A stretch of 64,000 nucleotides of DNA, taken from assembly GCA_963828195.1 (NCBI GenBank), contig CAWHDT010000001.1, positions 96,001-160,000 of the forward strand. The letters are read 5' to 3'. Positions 29,561-39,434 of this stretch are shown here, piece after piece. A model generated the notes under the pieces. That model did no database searches. It was given only the letters and a program-made list of their open reading frames with translations, and had not been told where the DNA came from. Position 1 is the stretch's first letter, and each line of letters begins with the position of its first letter. The position numbers and the translations under genes were made by a program. Origin of the DNA: Candidatus Bathyarchaeota archaeon (GTDB lineage Archaea; Thermoproteota; Bathyarchaeia; Bathyarchaeales; Bathycorpusculaceae).

Positions 29561-31162
29561 TTAACTTTTGCTCACTGCCCTTTTGAGAGCAGCTATAACG
29601 TTTTGTTTGCCCATGGCAAGCACATATGGACCCAGACGTGGACCCTGCGGCGCACCCATCAGAATCTGGTAAAGCATTTTGAAGAAGCCGCTGGGCTGGA
29701 TGCCGTTGGCTTTTGCCGCGTTGAAAATGGCGTTTTGGATTTTATCCGGTTCTTCTTCAGTTTCCAGCTGCAGGATTAACTCGGTGATTGCCTTTTTCTC
29801 TTCGCCAGATAGAGCGACAGCGGTTTCTTTGATTTCTTCAAAGTCCCTAATCCAGTTTGACGCGTACTCAATTCGCTGCTTCAAGCTGGCATCTAAAGCT
29901 TGCCCTTTTTGGAGGTAACCGTAACTTTGCAGTTTCTCAGCCACATAGTCGTTTACGCATTCTTTAGGCGCCATTTTGACGAGGAACGCCATTAAATTGT
30001 AGGGCACATGAACGCCGGGTTTAGCCGGCGGCTTCAGGACGTAGCAGTACTCAAACAAGCCCTGGAGCTTAGTTTTTTCTTTGTCGCTGACTTGTTTTTT
30101 GCCGAAGTACACGTCTTCGAGGTAATCGAGTTCATTCATGTACAGTGGAATATCGGATACGTCTAAGGTTCGGGTGCCGACGAACCGTTTAAGCATCAGC
30201 AGAAGCAGCGACTGAGGAGAACCATAATTAAACCACACCTGAGGCGTGAAAACATTGCCCGCTGATTTGGAAATTTTTTTCCCGCCCTTATCGAGGAACA
30301 TCTCGTATTTTGCATGAGACGGCGGCTCAAAACAGAGGACTTCACGGCAAATTCGGTCGTTGATGCGGACAGAATCGGCTATGTCTTTTCCATAGGCTTC
30401 AAACCGTATATCCAAAGCTTTCCAGCGGGCTGCAAATTCGCTTTTCCAAGTTAGTTTGCCTTCGCCGCTTTTTATGTCCACTTCGCCTTCATGACCGCAT
30501 CCTGCAATCAGTTTGCCTCGGATTTCAAGCCCTTCACATTTATACGAGACTTTGTCGGTTTTCGAGTCGAACGTGTAGGCTCTGGTCGTGTAGAGGTGCC
30601 CGCATTCTTGGCAAACTGCAAAAAACGGCAAAACCTCTGTGTAGGTATCTTGACCGACCTCTTCTTTGACGATTTCGCCGACTTTCTTGGCGTTAGTAAG
30701 TATGGTTCGAATCTCGGGCAGAAGTAAGCCTTGTTCGTAGACTTGTTTGGCTGAGTAGTACTTGTATTCTATGCCGCATTTGTCCAGGGCATCCAGCAAC
30801 AGCGAGCTCATGTGTTTGCCGTAGCTTTCATGGCAGCCGAAGGGGTCAGGTATTGAGGAGACAGAAAAACCAAGGTATTTTTCTAAGTCCTTAGATAGGC
30901 CAACGGGGACCTTGCGTAAACCGTCTTTGTCGTCGCAGAAAGCAACAAGTTCAGAATTATAATTTTGGTTCCTCAAAGCCAACGTAACGGCGTAGCTGCG
31001 TGAGGCGTCACCTAAGCTGCCGATGTGGGGAAAACCCGAGGCGCCAAGACCCATCTCTGTTCGCAGTTTACTAATGTCTCGGTTTAGCGATTGCTCTCTT
31101 TCGATGACTTTCTTAGCCATCATGTCGTACCATGTGCCGCGTCCAATCGTTTCTTCACTCAT
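29561..31162 (-). CDS. lysS: Lysine--tRNA ligase, class I
   Basis: GASGFPHIGS (HIGH-like), DGLRKVP, FEAYGKD, KISKSAGN (KMSKS-like), GPRLG. Confidence 0.96.
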   Translation of the reverse strand: MSEETIGRGTWYDMMAKKVIEREQSLNRDISKLRTEMGLGASGFPHIGSLGDASRSYAVTLALRNQNYNSELVAFCDDKDGLRKVPVGLSKDLEKYLGFSVSSIPDPFGCHESYGKHMSSLLLDALDKCGIEYKYYSAKQVYEQGLLLPEIRTILTNAKKVGEIVKEEVGQDTYTEVLPFFAVCQECGHLYTTRAYTFDSKTDKVSYKCEGLEIRGKLIAGCGHEGEVDIKSGEGKLTWKSEFAARWKALDIRFEAYGKDIADSVRINDRICREVLCFEPPSHAKYEMFLDKGGKKISKSAGNVFTPQVWFNYGSPQSLLLLMLKRFVGTRTLDVSDIPLYMNELDYLEDVYFGKKQVSDKEKTKLQGLFEYCYVLKPPAKPGVHVPYNLMAFLVKMAPKECVNDYVAEKLQSYGYLQKGQALDASLKQRIEYASNWIRDFEEIKETAVALSGEEKKAITELILQLETEEEPDKIQNAIFNAAKANGIQPSGFFKMLYQILMGAPQGPRLGPYVLAMGKQNVIAALKRAVSKS

Positions 31163-31231
31163 AAAGTTGAGCCTTCTGCCATTGTGAACTGTGCGTTGGA
31201 ATAGAAAATTGTTTAGAGCCGAAAAAGAGGC

Positions 31232-31603
31232 TCAAGTCGTTGTTTGGGGCGTTTTTTGTGAGGGCTTTTGTCGCATGGCTGAGGTGATGGCTATGGCTCC
31301 GAGCGCCAGCAATAGCAAAGCTAACGAGTAAATCCAGTTGTAGCCAAACAGGAACCATGCAGCTCCCAAAGCCATAAGAAGGACACCCATTTGAACTGTG
31401 CTGTATGGTGAACGCTCGTACTTTTGAGGACTCATGGCTCTCATGCCTGCAAGAACCAGCATCCAAACGCCAAACAGAATTATGATTAACTGAAGAATGT
31501 TCCACCCGTTATGAGTGACGTTGAGGGGGTATAGCAATATGGCAACGACCACGATTATGAAGAAAACGCCTATGGTGAGTAGCTGCCGTCTACTTTCGGA
31601 CAT
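31232..31603 (-). CDS. Four-TM membrane protein
   Basis: Four hydrophobic helices; 12 bp downstream of the SPFH gene. Confidence 0.75.
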   Translation of the reverse strand: MSESRRQLLTIGVFFIIVVVAILLYPLNVTHNGWNILQLIIILFGVWMLVLAGMRAMSPQKYERSPYSTVQMGVLLMALGAAWFLFGYNWIYSLALLLLALGAIAITSAMRQKPSQKTPQTTT

Positions 31604-31615
31604 TTAGTTGCCTTC

Positions 31616-32608
31616 TTAAGTTATTGTTGCGCCGCATTCTGGACAGAACTTTGAGCCTGCTGGGATGGAGTGACCGCATTTTGGACAGTTTATTGTGGCC
31701 TGCGCTGGAGGCGTAAGATTGGTTCCGCATTCTGGACAGAACTTTGATGTAGCTGGAACGTGCGCGCCGCATTTGGGACAAATAACAAGAGCTGCTGTAG
31801 GTGCTTGTGCTTGCACTTGACCTGCTGAATTCATAATTTGGGGAATAAGCACCATGCCTGTGCCTAAGCCTGCGCCGCCGCCACCGCCTGAAGCGCCCAG
31901 AGACGCTGCTGCACTCTTCACTGTTTCCATGCGCAAAACTGTGTCGGCGGGGGTGCTTCCGGTTTTAAGCCAGAATAGCCGTTCACGGTACTCGGGGGTT
32001 GTGTCTATGCCTTCGAAGCGTAAGTCGGTTAATTCGATGCCTAAGCGTTTAAAGTAATCCATGACAGAGTTTTTAACGATAATGGAAGTTTCCTGAAGCC
32101 TTGTGAAGACTGTAATTAGGTCGTAGTGGGAAAGTTCTGCAATTATCTTTTCATTCAGGAAACCTCGTAGGAAGTTGTTGACGCCGTCGGTGTCGAAAAC
32201 ATTTTGTCCACCCACAACCTCATTAACGAACAGCGTTGCATCCTCGATTTTGAAGAGGAATTGCCCAAACACTTTGAGCGGAGCCAACTCTGTGGTTTGT
32301 GCACTTGTGCCCCATTTGCCGTTGAAAACTTTAGTGGCGATATAGATGACCATCGCCGTAAAAGGCTTGTTGGTGCCGAACCCTGCTATTCGGGTCAACG
32401 CATTTGTAAGCAGAGGCAGATTCAAAGTTGTAAGCGTGTGCCTGCCAGCGCCGAAAACATCGTAGGCTTTTCCGTCCCTGAAGAATACTGCCATCTCATA
32501 CTCGTGCACGATGAGTTGGGCACCCCATGTAATGTCTTCATTTTGATATCTCCAAACTATGGCGTCTGGACCCGCATCTTTAGTTGTCCATTCGATTACC
32601 TGTGGCAT
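31616..32608 (-). CDS. SPFH/band-7 domain protein (YdjI-like) with double zinc ribbon
   Basis: GAQLIVHEYEMAVFFRDGK...GRHTLTTLNLP, KWGT; C-terminal CPKCG..KFCPECG x2. Confidence 0.9.
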   Translation of the reverse strand: MPQVIEWTTKDAGPDAIVWRYQNEDITWGAQLIVHEYEMAVFFRDGKAYDVFGAGRHTLTTLNLPLLTNALTRIAGFGTNKPFTAMVIYIATKVFNGKWGTSAQTTELAPLKVFGQFLFKIEDATLFVNEVVGGQNVFDTDGVNNFLRGFLNEKIIAELSHYDLITVFTRLQETSIIVKNSVMDYFKRLGIELTDLRFEGIDTTPEYRERLFWLKTGSTPADTVLRMETVKSAAASLGASGGGGGAGLGTGMVLIPQIMNSAGQVQAQAPTAALVICPKCGAHVPATSKFCPECGTNLTPPAQATINCPKCGHSIPAGSKFCPECGATIT

Positions 32609-32609
32609 T

Positions 32610-33146
32610 TTAATTCACTCCTAACATTACTTCATTACGTTGATCAAACGTGTTTTCTAAACTTTCAAGCTTGTCAGTTACATTCTCGACCCTAGTTTTT
32701 AGGTTCGCAGTTGCGCCGCTGGCTAAATCTGCTTTGAAAGCATCAATTTCAGTAGCCAACCCGGTTATTCCATCTACAAGTTTATTATCGAAAGCTATCA
32801 TATGGTCAAGACTGTCTTCTTTGACTTTGACGGCGTCAAAGAACCCGCTGTACCCGTAGGGGGCATGATTAACTTTTTCAACAACACGGTCCATCTTTGC
32901 AAGCAGGCGATCCATATCCGTCAATACGTCGAAGTACCTGCGGTCAGCCAGCTTCTGCTCAATTTCTCTCAGGTCATTCTTTTCTGTGGATAATTTCATG
33001 TAAAGGTGATTTCTAATTAGCCTGTCGCTTTCACGGCGCAGTTCCTTCTCTTTGTAACCGCGGAAACCAGGAACAAACGCGGCTATCCGCTCAGGAAGCG
33101 ACATTTGACCTTGAACCTTTGATAAAACATCATTATTATCGCTCAT
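32610..33146 (-). CDS. Conserved all-helical coiled-coil hypothetical protein
   Basis: VPGFRGYKEKELRRESDRLIR, APYGYSGFFDAVKV; 1 bp from the SPFH gene. Confidence 0.8.
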   Translation of the reverse strand: MSDNNDVLSKVQGQMSLPERIAAFVPGFRGYKEKELRRESDRLIRNHLYMKLSTEKNDLREIEQKLADRRYFDVLTDMDRLLAKMDRVVEKVNHAPYGYSGFFDAVKVKEDSLDHMIAFDNKLVDGITGLATEIDAFKADLASGATANLKTRVENVTDKLESLENTFDQRNEVMLGVN

Positions 33147-33221
33147 TTTACATACCCGACTTTTTGTGTTATTCGTTGATAATAAAAGGTCGCTTTTAAA
33201 GTTTGTTAGAACATATCAGAC

Positions 33222-33968
33222 TTAGAAGCGGGTAGAGGGGATATCACCTTTTAGGGCAGTTCCACCTGTCCCCTCAATAATCAACTGGTAAATTTTTCCT
33301 TTGTACTCGTATTTGATGAACCAGATGGGCGCATGCAAATAAACCTCTTGTTTAGCGGTGACTTCAGTTTCCATTTCAACAATTTTATCCACGTCTTGCT
33401 GAAGAAGAAAGCGATGGTGATCCTCGATTTGCTGCTTGGCAATTTCCAACGCGGTATCACGGTTCATTTCGCTGTTTAAGAGTTTGGCGAATCCTTCGAT
33501 TTTGCGGAAATCAAAGGGGATTTTCCCTTCCAAAGGAACCAAGTATTCACGTGTGGGGAAACCGGAAGCTTCCCGCGCCAAAACAAGCCATTCATACTCC
33601 TTTGAGATTGTGCCCTCTTTAACGATGGCTGGAGCTATACGCTCAAATATGCCCTTGTAAGTGCTTTTAGCCTCCACTGAAACAACCCAAAACGGCAGAT
33701 AGATGAGGTCTTTCTCGGAAATCTTTGATTTCTTTGCGAGGTCGCCTGGTTTGAGGAAGCCGCCGCGCATCCAATCCTGAATCGGCCCCTCTATGCTTTT
33801 GAGGTCAAACCTGTTTAGAATAAGCGAATGCTCAAAGGTGAATGCTTGCCCTGTCTCGATGACGGTGGTGAAGCCGCAGTATTTGCAGGTAGCAATTATT
33901 TCGCCCGGTTTAAATTCAATTGGAGCGCCGCAGTGGCTGCACTTGATTTCTTGAGCGATAGCACCCAT
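33222..33968 (-). CDS. Zinc-ribbon protein, YdjG-like
   Basis: CSHCGA...CKYCG; YLPFWV and APIWFIKYEYKGKIY...GTGG motifs. Confidence 0.7.
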   Translation of the reverse strand: MGAIAQEIKCSHCGAPIEFKPGEIIATCKYCGFTTVIETGQAFTFEHSLILNRFDLKSIEGPIQDWMRGGFLKPGDLAKKSKISEKDLIYLPFWVVSVEAKSTYKGIFERIAPAIVKEGTISKEYEWLVLAREASGFPTREYLVPLEGKIPFDFRKIEGFAKLLNSEMNRDTALEIAKQQIEDHHRFLLQQDVDKIVEMETEVTAKQEVYLHAPIWFIKYEYKGKIYQLIIEGTGGTALKGDIPSTRF

Positions 33969-33971
33969 TGT

Positions 33972-35354
33972 TTAAGCACTCAAATGTTCACGTTTTAAGA
34001 TTTCCCGAGCAACTATTACGCCTGAAGCTGAAGCTTGAATTAGACCGCGGGTTACGCCTGCACCGTCGCCGATGGTGAACATGTTTTGGATTTTGGTTTC
34101 TAACGCGTTGTTTAGTTGCAAGTGTGAAGAGTAAAATTTGACTTCTATGCCGTAGAGCAGTGTATCTCTTGAGTGGACTCCTGGCGCTATCACATCTAAC
34201 GCTTGAAGCATCTCACGTATGTCTGCTAAGTAACGGTAAGGCAAAACGAAGCTTAAATCGCCTGGCGTAGCATTCTTCAACGTTGGAACAACCACGCTTC
34301 TGGAGAGGCGTTCGGGAGTTGAACGGCGGCCACCGACCAAATCGCCTAGCCGCTGAACCATCACGCCGCCGCTTAGCAGATTTGAAAGTCTGGCGACATA
34401 TTTGCCGTAAGCAATGGGTTCTTTGAACGGCTCCGTGAAGGAGGTGCTGACCAGAATGGCGAAGTTTGTGTTGTCAGTTTTTCTTTCAGCGTAGCTTCCG
34501 CCGTTAACGGTTAAGACGCCATCGTATGATTCCGTGGTGACTTCGCCGTAAGGGGATACGCAGAATGTGCGGACTTGATCATCGAAAAGGCGCGAATAAT
34601 AAACTAGTTTTGGCTCATAGAGGGCTTTGGTTAGGTTCTCCATTACAGATGCTAAAACTTCAACGCGCACGCCGATGTCAACTGGGTTGTTTATGGTTTT
34701 TAATCCTCGAACCTGAGCCTCTGTCTGAAGCCATTCTGCGCCGCTTCTGCCAGGAGCAATTATGACGTATTTTCCAAGGATTTTTTCGCCATCTACTGTT
34801 TCCACTCCTTGGATAAGGTGGTTTTCAGCAATCAAGCCTTTCACGTCTGTTTTTGGTCGGAAAGTGATTTTGCCGTTGAGTTCTTTGCGCATTCTTTGGA
34901 GAGTTTCTAGGCATTTATCGGTGCCCATGTGGCGAACTTCTTGCTTGATAAGTTTTAAACCTGCAAGTGAAGCTTGGCGTTCGATTTCATCTACTTTTTC
35001 GCTGTCTCCACCGTAAACTTGCTCGCTTGCCCCGAATTTCAGGTAGATTCTGTCAACATATTTCACTAAAGCCTGAAGCTCTTTTGTTGAGACATACTGG
35101 TTTAGCCAACCGCCAACCTCTGTTGACAAAGTCAGTTTTCCGTCACTGTAAGCGCCTGCTCCACCCCAGCCTGAAAGAACTGAGCACGGTTCACAATGCA
35201 CACATTCGAACCCTCGGCTGGACGGGCATTTACGTTTATCTATATCTGCTCCTCTATCGAGTATCAGGACGTTTAAGTTTGTTTTCTCCGTCAACTCTAA
35301 CGCTGAAAAGATGCCGGCTGGCCCCGCACCCACAATTATTACGTCATATTTCAT
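33972..35354 (-). CDS. FAD-dependent oxidoreductase (COG2509-like)
   Basis: IVGAGPAG, GWGGAGAYSDGKL, HMGTD, APGRSG, EVKFYS, GDGAGVTRGL. Confidence 0.9.
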   Translation of the reverse strand: MKYDVIIVGAGPAGIFSALELTEKTNLNVLILDRGADIDKRKCPSSRGFECVHCEPCSVLSGWGGAGAYSDGKLTLSTEVGGWLNQYVSTKELQALVKYVDRIYLKFGASEQVYGGDSEKVDEIERQASLAGLKLIKQEVRHMGTDKCLETLQRMRKELNGKITFRPKTDVKGLIAENHLIQGVETVDGEKILGKYVIIAPGRSGAEWLQTEAQVRGLKTINNPVDIGVRVEVLASVMENLTKALYEPKLVYYSRLFDDQVRTFCVSPYGEVTTESYDGVLTVNGGSYAERKTDNTNFAILVSTSFTEPFKEPIAYGKYVARLSNLLSGGVMVQRLGDLVGGRRSTPERLSRSVVVPTLKNATPGDLSFVLPYRYLADIREMLQALDVIAPGVHSRDTLLYGIEVKFYSSHLQLNNALETKIQNMFTIGDGAGVTRGLIQASASGVIVAREILKREHLSA

Positions 35355-35520
35355 AGGAACTGCCCCTTGGAACCCAGAAGTACATGTAACAGGTGCCATA
35401 TATTTGTTGGTGAATTAATCATTGAAGCAGATTACATGTTCTTGGGAATTGACAGAGGACTTCAAGCGTATGGAAGAACATTTATAATAACAAAAATTCC
35501 AATAATGCATGAAGAAAAAC

Positions 35521-36009
35521 ATGCCCGACAAGACACAGTCCGAAAACATAGATGAATTAATCTCCGATTTCTCGCGTTTCTACATACTTACCATACTGTA
35601 CGAGGGACCAGCCTACGGCTACAGCATAATCAGCAGATTCAGAAAAAGAGTCAAAAAAGAAGTGAGCCCAAGCCTAGTTTACCCGTTTCTGCAGCAACTA
35701 GAAGAAAAAGGCTTAGTTAAACACACGGTAAAACCGGTGGGCGAGAAGGAAAGAAAAATCTTTGAGCTAACACAGGCAGGCAGAGAATTATGCACTGACC
35801 TTTTCAAGCGCTTCGCCGAGCTGGTGGCAATCGCTATTGAACCAAGCCTGTACGTTTGTGCTCACTGCGGATGCAAAGTCTACGAAGGCGGCTACCGAGA
35901 GGTCATCGAAGGCAGAGAAACAGCGTTCTGCTGCATACATTGCGCAATCGCGTATAAAGAAGCAAAGAAACTGGCAAAACAACTGACAGGAACCGAGAAG
36001 GAAACATGA
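35521..36009 (+). CDS. PadR family regulator with C-terminal TRASH/YHS-like Cys domain
   Basis: GPAYGYSII...SPSLVYPFLQQLEEKGLV...RKIFELTQAG; CAHCGC...FCCIHC. Confidence 0.88.
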   Translation: MPDKTQSENIDELISDFSRFYILTILYEGPAYGYSIISRFRKRVKKEVSPSLVYPFLQQLEEKGLVKHTVKPVGEKERKIFELTQAGRELCTDLFKRFAELVAIAIEPSLYVCAHCGCKVYEGGYREVIEGRETAFCCIHCAIAYKEAKKLAKQLTGTEKET

Positions 36010-36031
36010 AGATAGAACAATCTTAGGGCAT

Positions 36032-36721
36032 TCAGGAATACCATGCAATTATCACTGGCGTTAATTGAGAGTTCAAGTCTTGTGTAAGCGCGTTTATTTG
36101 ATCGCTGCTCAACGGGCTTTGAGCATATAATCCAAAGCAAGATGTGGTTAAATTTCCATTGTAGTTTCCAACGCAAAACATCAATGACGTGGTATTGGTT
36201 CCGCCCAGTGAATAATTAGGAATATTCCGAGTTAATAAGTCAGGATACTTAGCCACCAAAGGCTCCAGTGCCGGATCAAAATTGTCGCCGGGCAAAGCTG
36301 TTGGAGTTAAATTTGCCATAGTAATATTCCAAGTGTAGCATATAACGTTTGAAACTGTTTGATTATTGGCCGCATCATAATAAGGGCCCCTTACGAGTCC
36401 CAACACGCCTGCTGCACCAACATTCATACCATTATATGTTATAGTTACTGTGGGGGATGGCGACGCGGACGGCGTTGGCTGAGCGGTATAATTTACCCCG
36501 TTGATATTTACACTACTAAAGTTGTCCGCGTTTATCTGCAAGTTTAAAGTGCCATTACTTAAAGTCACGTTCTCAATTACCGTACTATTGCTAATATTCG
36601 TGTTGATGTTTGCATTTGAGTTTGTAATGTTTATTAAGTAACCGCTTTCCTGAGCATAAACTAAGCCAACACTCACGATTAAAACCAGCGAAAAAACCGC
36701 GATAACGAGTTTTCTCTTCAT
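36032..36721 (-). CDS. Secreted Asn/Thr-rich hypothetical protein
   Basis: Signal peptide MKRKLVIAVFSLVLIVSVGLVYA; many N-x-S/T sites; PTPSASPSPT linker. Confidence 0.75.
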   Translation of the reverse strand: MKRKLVIAVFSLVLIVSVGLVYAQESGYLINITNSNANINTNISNSTVIENVTLSNGTLNLQINADNFSSVNINGVNYTAQPTPSASPSPTVTITYNGMNVGAAGVLGLVRGPYYDAANNQTVSNVICYTWNITMANLTPTALPGDNFDPALEPLVAKYPDLLTRNIPNYSLGGTNTTSLMFCVGNYNGNLTTSCFGLYAQSPLSSDQINALTQDLNSQLTPVIIAWYS

Positions 36722-36854
36722 TTTTTGTCTAGATACATAAGGGATTGCTTTGATTTTAGTTTTTTGCCTTTTTTCAAATGCTAAAACAAAGAAAAATTCT
36801 CTTAAAAAAGTAACTATTTTAAGCTTGGGAAAAGAAAACAGTTCTTTGTTCTCA

Positions 36855-37133
36855 TTAATCTTTTATGGCTTCAATAAAACTCATGACGTTCCAGAGTTTT
36901 ACCCGTGTGTAGGGCGGCATGTTTGGGTCTTGCAGAATTTCATCCAGAAGTGACACGGCGTTTGAAGCTCTCACTGCAGGGGTGTATTCTGAGCTTTGCA
37001 GGGAATTCATAGCGTCTTTTGCGGAACGCCTGATGTTCCGTGGTGTTGTGCTATCCTCGGAGACTTCGCCAAGCACCTGTAACGCTTGATTTATTTTGGC
37101 TTCGTATTCTTCAGCTTTTTTCTTTCGAACCAT
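36855..37133 (-). CDS. UPF0147 family protein
   Basis: DSTTPRNIRR, RASNAVSLLDEILQDPNMPPYTRVKLW. Confidence 0.93.
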   Translation of the reverse strand: MVRKKKAEEYEAKINQALQVLGEVSEDSTTPRNIRRSAKDAMNSLQSSEYTPAVRASNAVSLLDEILQDPNMPPYTRVKLWNVMSFIEAIKD

Positions 37134-37212
37134 AAACGGGCACTACCTACTGCAAGTCACGCAGTAATTGCTTATATAAGCATTGATACGTATTTACTTT
37201 GGGGTTCTAAAA

Positions 37213-37578
37213 TTGCCAGAAAAAAAAGAAAACACGCCAATTAAACGCATGGCTGAACTGTTAACTCAAGGCGCCACCCTAACCGATTTGGCCTGCCCAG
37301 TCTGTTCGTCGCCACTTTTCAGGCTCAAAGACGGCACATTGTGGTGCGCAAAAGACGAAAAAAAAGTGATCATAGTTAAGGAAGGCGAAGAACCGCCAAA
37401 ACAAACCCAAGCCAACGCAACCTATGATAAGCTTGAGGCAACACTTTTAGCAAAGATTCAGGATTTACAGTGCAGAATCGAAAAAACCGAAGACTTAGAT
37501 GAACTGCAAAAACTCAGCGCTGCACTATCTGAACTGCTTAACAGTCTGGAAAAGATCAGAAATATGAAAAAACCCTGA
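37213..37578 (+). CDS. UPF0148 / Sjogren autoantigen p27-like zinc-ribbon protein
   Basis: MAELLTQGATLTDLACPVCSSPLFRLKDGTLWC; divergent from UPF0147. Confidence 0.9.
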   Translation: MPEKKENTPIKRMAELLTQGATLTDLACPVCSSPLFRLKDGTLWCAKDEKKVIIVKEGEEPPKQTQANATYDKLEATLLAKIQDLQCRIEKTEDLDELQKLSAALSELLNSLEKIRNMKKP

Positions 37579-37589
37579 GCAGAACCATC

Positions 37590-38096
37590 GTGACGCTGGG
37601 TTTTTACGAAAATTTCCCCTTAAACATTCACATGGTTGAGAGTTTTAATTCGACACTTTCAAGCAAACAACTTCAACAAAGGCTAATCCAAGTTTTGTAT
37701 GAACTAAACAGAAAAGAATTCAGTTTTGAAGAAGCAGCCAACCCAACTATACCCGATTGCAAATTAATTTTTGAGTTCGGCTTGGCAGATGCGGAAGGCT
37801 TCAACTTCATCGATGAGGAAGAAGTGGAAAAAGTCATGGATGTGCTGGGAAAAGACCAGTTGTCCACGATGGATTTTTTCTGCGTCATACGTTATTACAA
37901 GGGTGAAAAAAAGAAGGCGTTAAAATTTGATTATTACCTTTTTCGAACTATTTATGCCAAGGATATTTTGGAAATTCAAGTTTTCCATAAAAAGGGGCCA
38001 AGATACATTTCGCCAGAAGATTTAATGTTGTTTATTTTTAACAAAGTAAATGGGGCATCGAACAGGAAGATTTTGAAAAAGCAAGCCTCTGACTAA
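37590..38096 (+). CDS. Hypothetical protein
   Basis: 168 aa protein-like ORF 11 bp after the previous gene. Confidence 0.75.
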   Translation: MTLGFYENFPLNIHMVESFNSTLSSKQLQQRLIQVLYELNRKEFSFEEAANPTIPDCKLIFEFGLADAEGFNFIDEEEVEKVMDVLGKDQLSTMDFFCVIRYYKGEKKKALKFDYYLFRTIYAKDILEIQVFHKKGPRYISPEDLMLFIFNKVNGASNRKILKKQASD

Positions 38097-38149
38097 CGTT
38101 AAGACTGTTAAGTGCGGGTTTGTGATTCTGGATGGATAGGTTTAAAGAG

Positions 38150-38183
38150 TTAATGACTAACAGTCATTAACAGACTTAAAGTC
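38150..38183. promoter_or_regulatory. TetR operator pair (GACT-N3-AGTC)
   Basis: Perfect TTAATGACT-AAC-AGTCATTAA (38150-38170) and GACT-TAA-AGTC (38173-38183) right after TATA-like TTTAAAGA. Confidence 0.75.
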
Positions 38184-38204
38184 ACATAATGGATGTAGGT
38201 CATA

Positions 38205-38858
38205 ATGTCAACTTTGGAAAGAAGAGAAAAAGAGAAAGAACAACGTCGCAAGCTCATCTTAGACGCTGCCCAGACGCTTTTTTTCTCTAAACATTATGAC
38301 GAAATAACAATAGAGGAAATTGCGGAGAAGTCACAGCTTGCAAAGGGCACATTATACCTGTACTTCAAGAGCAAAGAGGCTTTGTACTCGGCGGTCGCTT
38401 TAAGAGGAGCCCGCATAATGAACGCCATGTTTAAAGACGCAACAGACAAAAGACAAAACGGGTTGGAAAAAACCGGCTCAATAGGCCAAGCCTATTATGA
38501 GTTCTACAAGCGCCACCCCCAATATTTTCGCATGTTAGTAGAAGCCGAAAACCTGCTCGTTGCCTCCAGCGATGACGTAAATGCGGCGAAATTAATCAAA
38601 GAAGGCCACGAAAGCCTCAAAATACTATCAGACGCTATTGCCTTGGGCATAAAGGACGGCTCCGTAAAACCTGACTTGGACCCGATTCAAACATCGATTT
38701 TCCTGATTCAGTCAACAAGATCCATGATACTGCTTCCGCTGGGTTTTGAGATGATTCTGAAAAGGTCAAACGCAGGGAAAGATGCCACGTTTAAGTTCAC
38801 GCTGCAAGCATTAGGCCTTTTGCTTGAGAACACCCAAACCAAAAAATTGGAGGACTAA
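38205..38858 (+). CDS. TetR/AcrR family regulator
   Basis: ILDAAQTLF...TIEEIAEKSQLAKGTLYLYFKSKEAL. Confidence 0.95.
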   Translation: MSTLERREKEKEQRRKLILDAAQTLFFSKHYDEITIEEIAEKSQLAKGTLYLYFKSKEALYSAVALRGARIMNAMFKDATDKRQNGLEKTGSIGQAYYEFYKRHPQYFRMLVEAENLLVASSDDVNAAKLIKEGHESLKILSDAIALGIKDGSVKPDLDPIQTSIFLIQSTRSMILLPLGFEMILKRSNAGKDATFKFTLQALGLLLENTQTKKLED

Positions 38859-38861
38859 AAA

Positions 38862-39434
38862 ATGAAAGCAGTAATCTTTAACGGCGCCAAAGTAGGTGAT
38901 CTGACCATTAAAGCAGTAGAAAAAGCGATTGCCAGCCGATTGGCTAAAGAAGGGTGGGATGTTGAGCCTATCGAACTGCGTGACGTGCAGATTGCTAATT
39001 GCATTGGCTGTTTTGGCTGTTGGGTTAAGACTCCGGGAACGTGTGTGATTGATGATGATGGACGGGAAACCACCAGAAAAGCTTTCCAGAGCGACCTGTT
39101 GGTTTGGCTGACTCCAGTTACGTTCGGCGGATACTCCTCCGACCTTAAGAAGGCGCTTGACCGCATTATCCCGATTTTACTGCCGTATTTCCAAATATAC
39201 CAAGGGCAAATCCACCATGAATTGCGCTACAAGAAATATCCAAAGCTGATCGTCATCGGAGTGCAAGAACCCGGCGTTGACTATGATGAAACCTTCATAG
39301 AGCTGGCTGAACGGAACATGCTTAATTTTCGGCCTCCTGCCCATGCTGCAGGGGTTTTCAAGCGAGATAAAAAGCCAGAAACTATACCCGCCTTTGTTGA
39401 GGAGCAACTAAAGAAGGTGGAGGTAATATCATGA
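38862..39434 (+). CDS. Flavodoxin-fold iron-sulfur flavoprotein-like protein
   Basis: CIGCFGCWVKTPGTC, TPVTFGGYSSDLKKALDR. Confidence 0.88.
   Translation: MKAVIFNGAKVGDLTIKAVEKAIASRLAKEGWDVEPIELRDVQIANCIGCFGCWVKTPGTCVIDDDGRETTRKAFQSDLLVWLTPVTFGGYSSDLKKALDRIIPILLPYFQIYQGQIHHELRYKKYPKLIVIGVQEPGVDYDETFIELAERNMLNFRPPAHAAGVFKRDKKPETIPAFVEEQLKKVEVIS

Noticed and set aside
31155-31781. ORFs 31155-31505 and 31590-31781 as overlapping genes
   Set aside because: Alternate frames of the 4-TM and SPFH genes; the apparent repeat just mirrors the duplicated zinc ribbon
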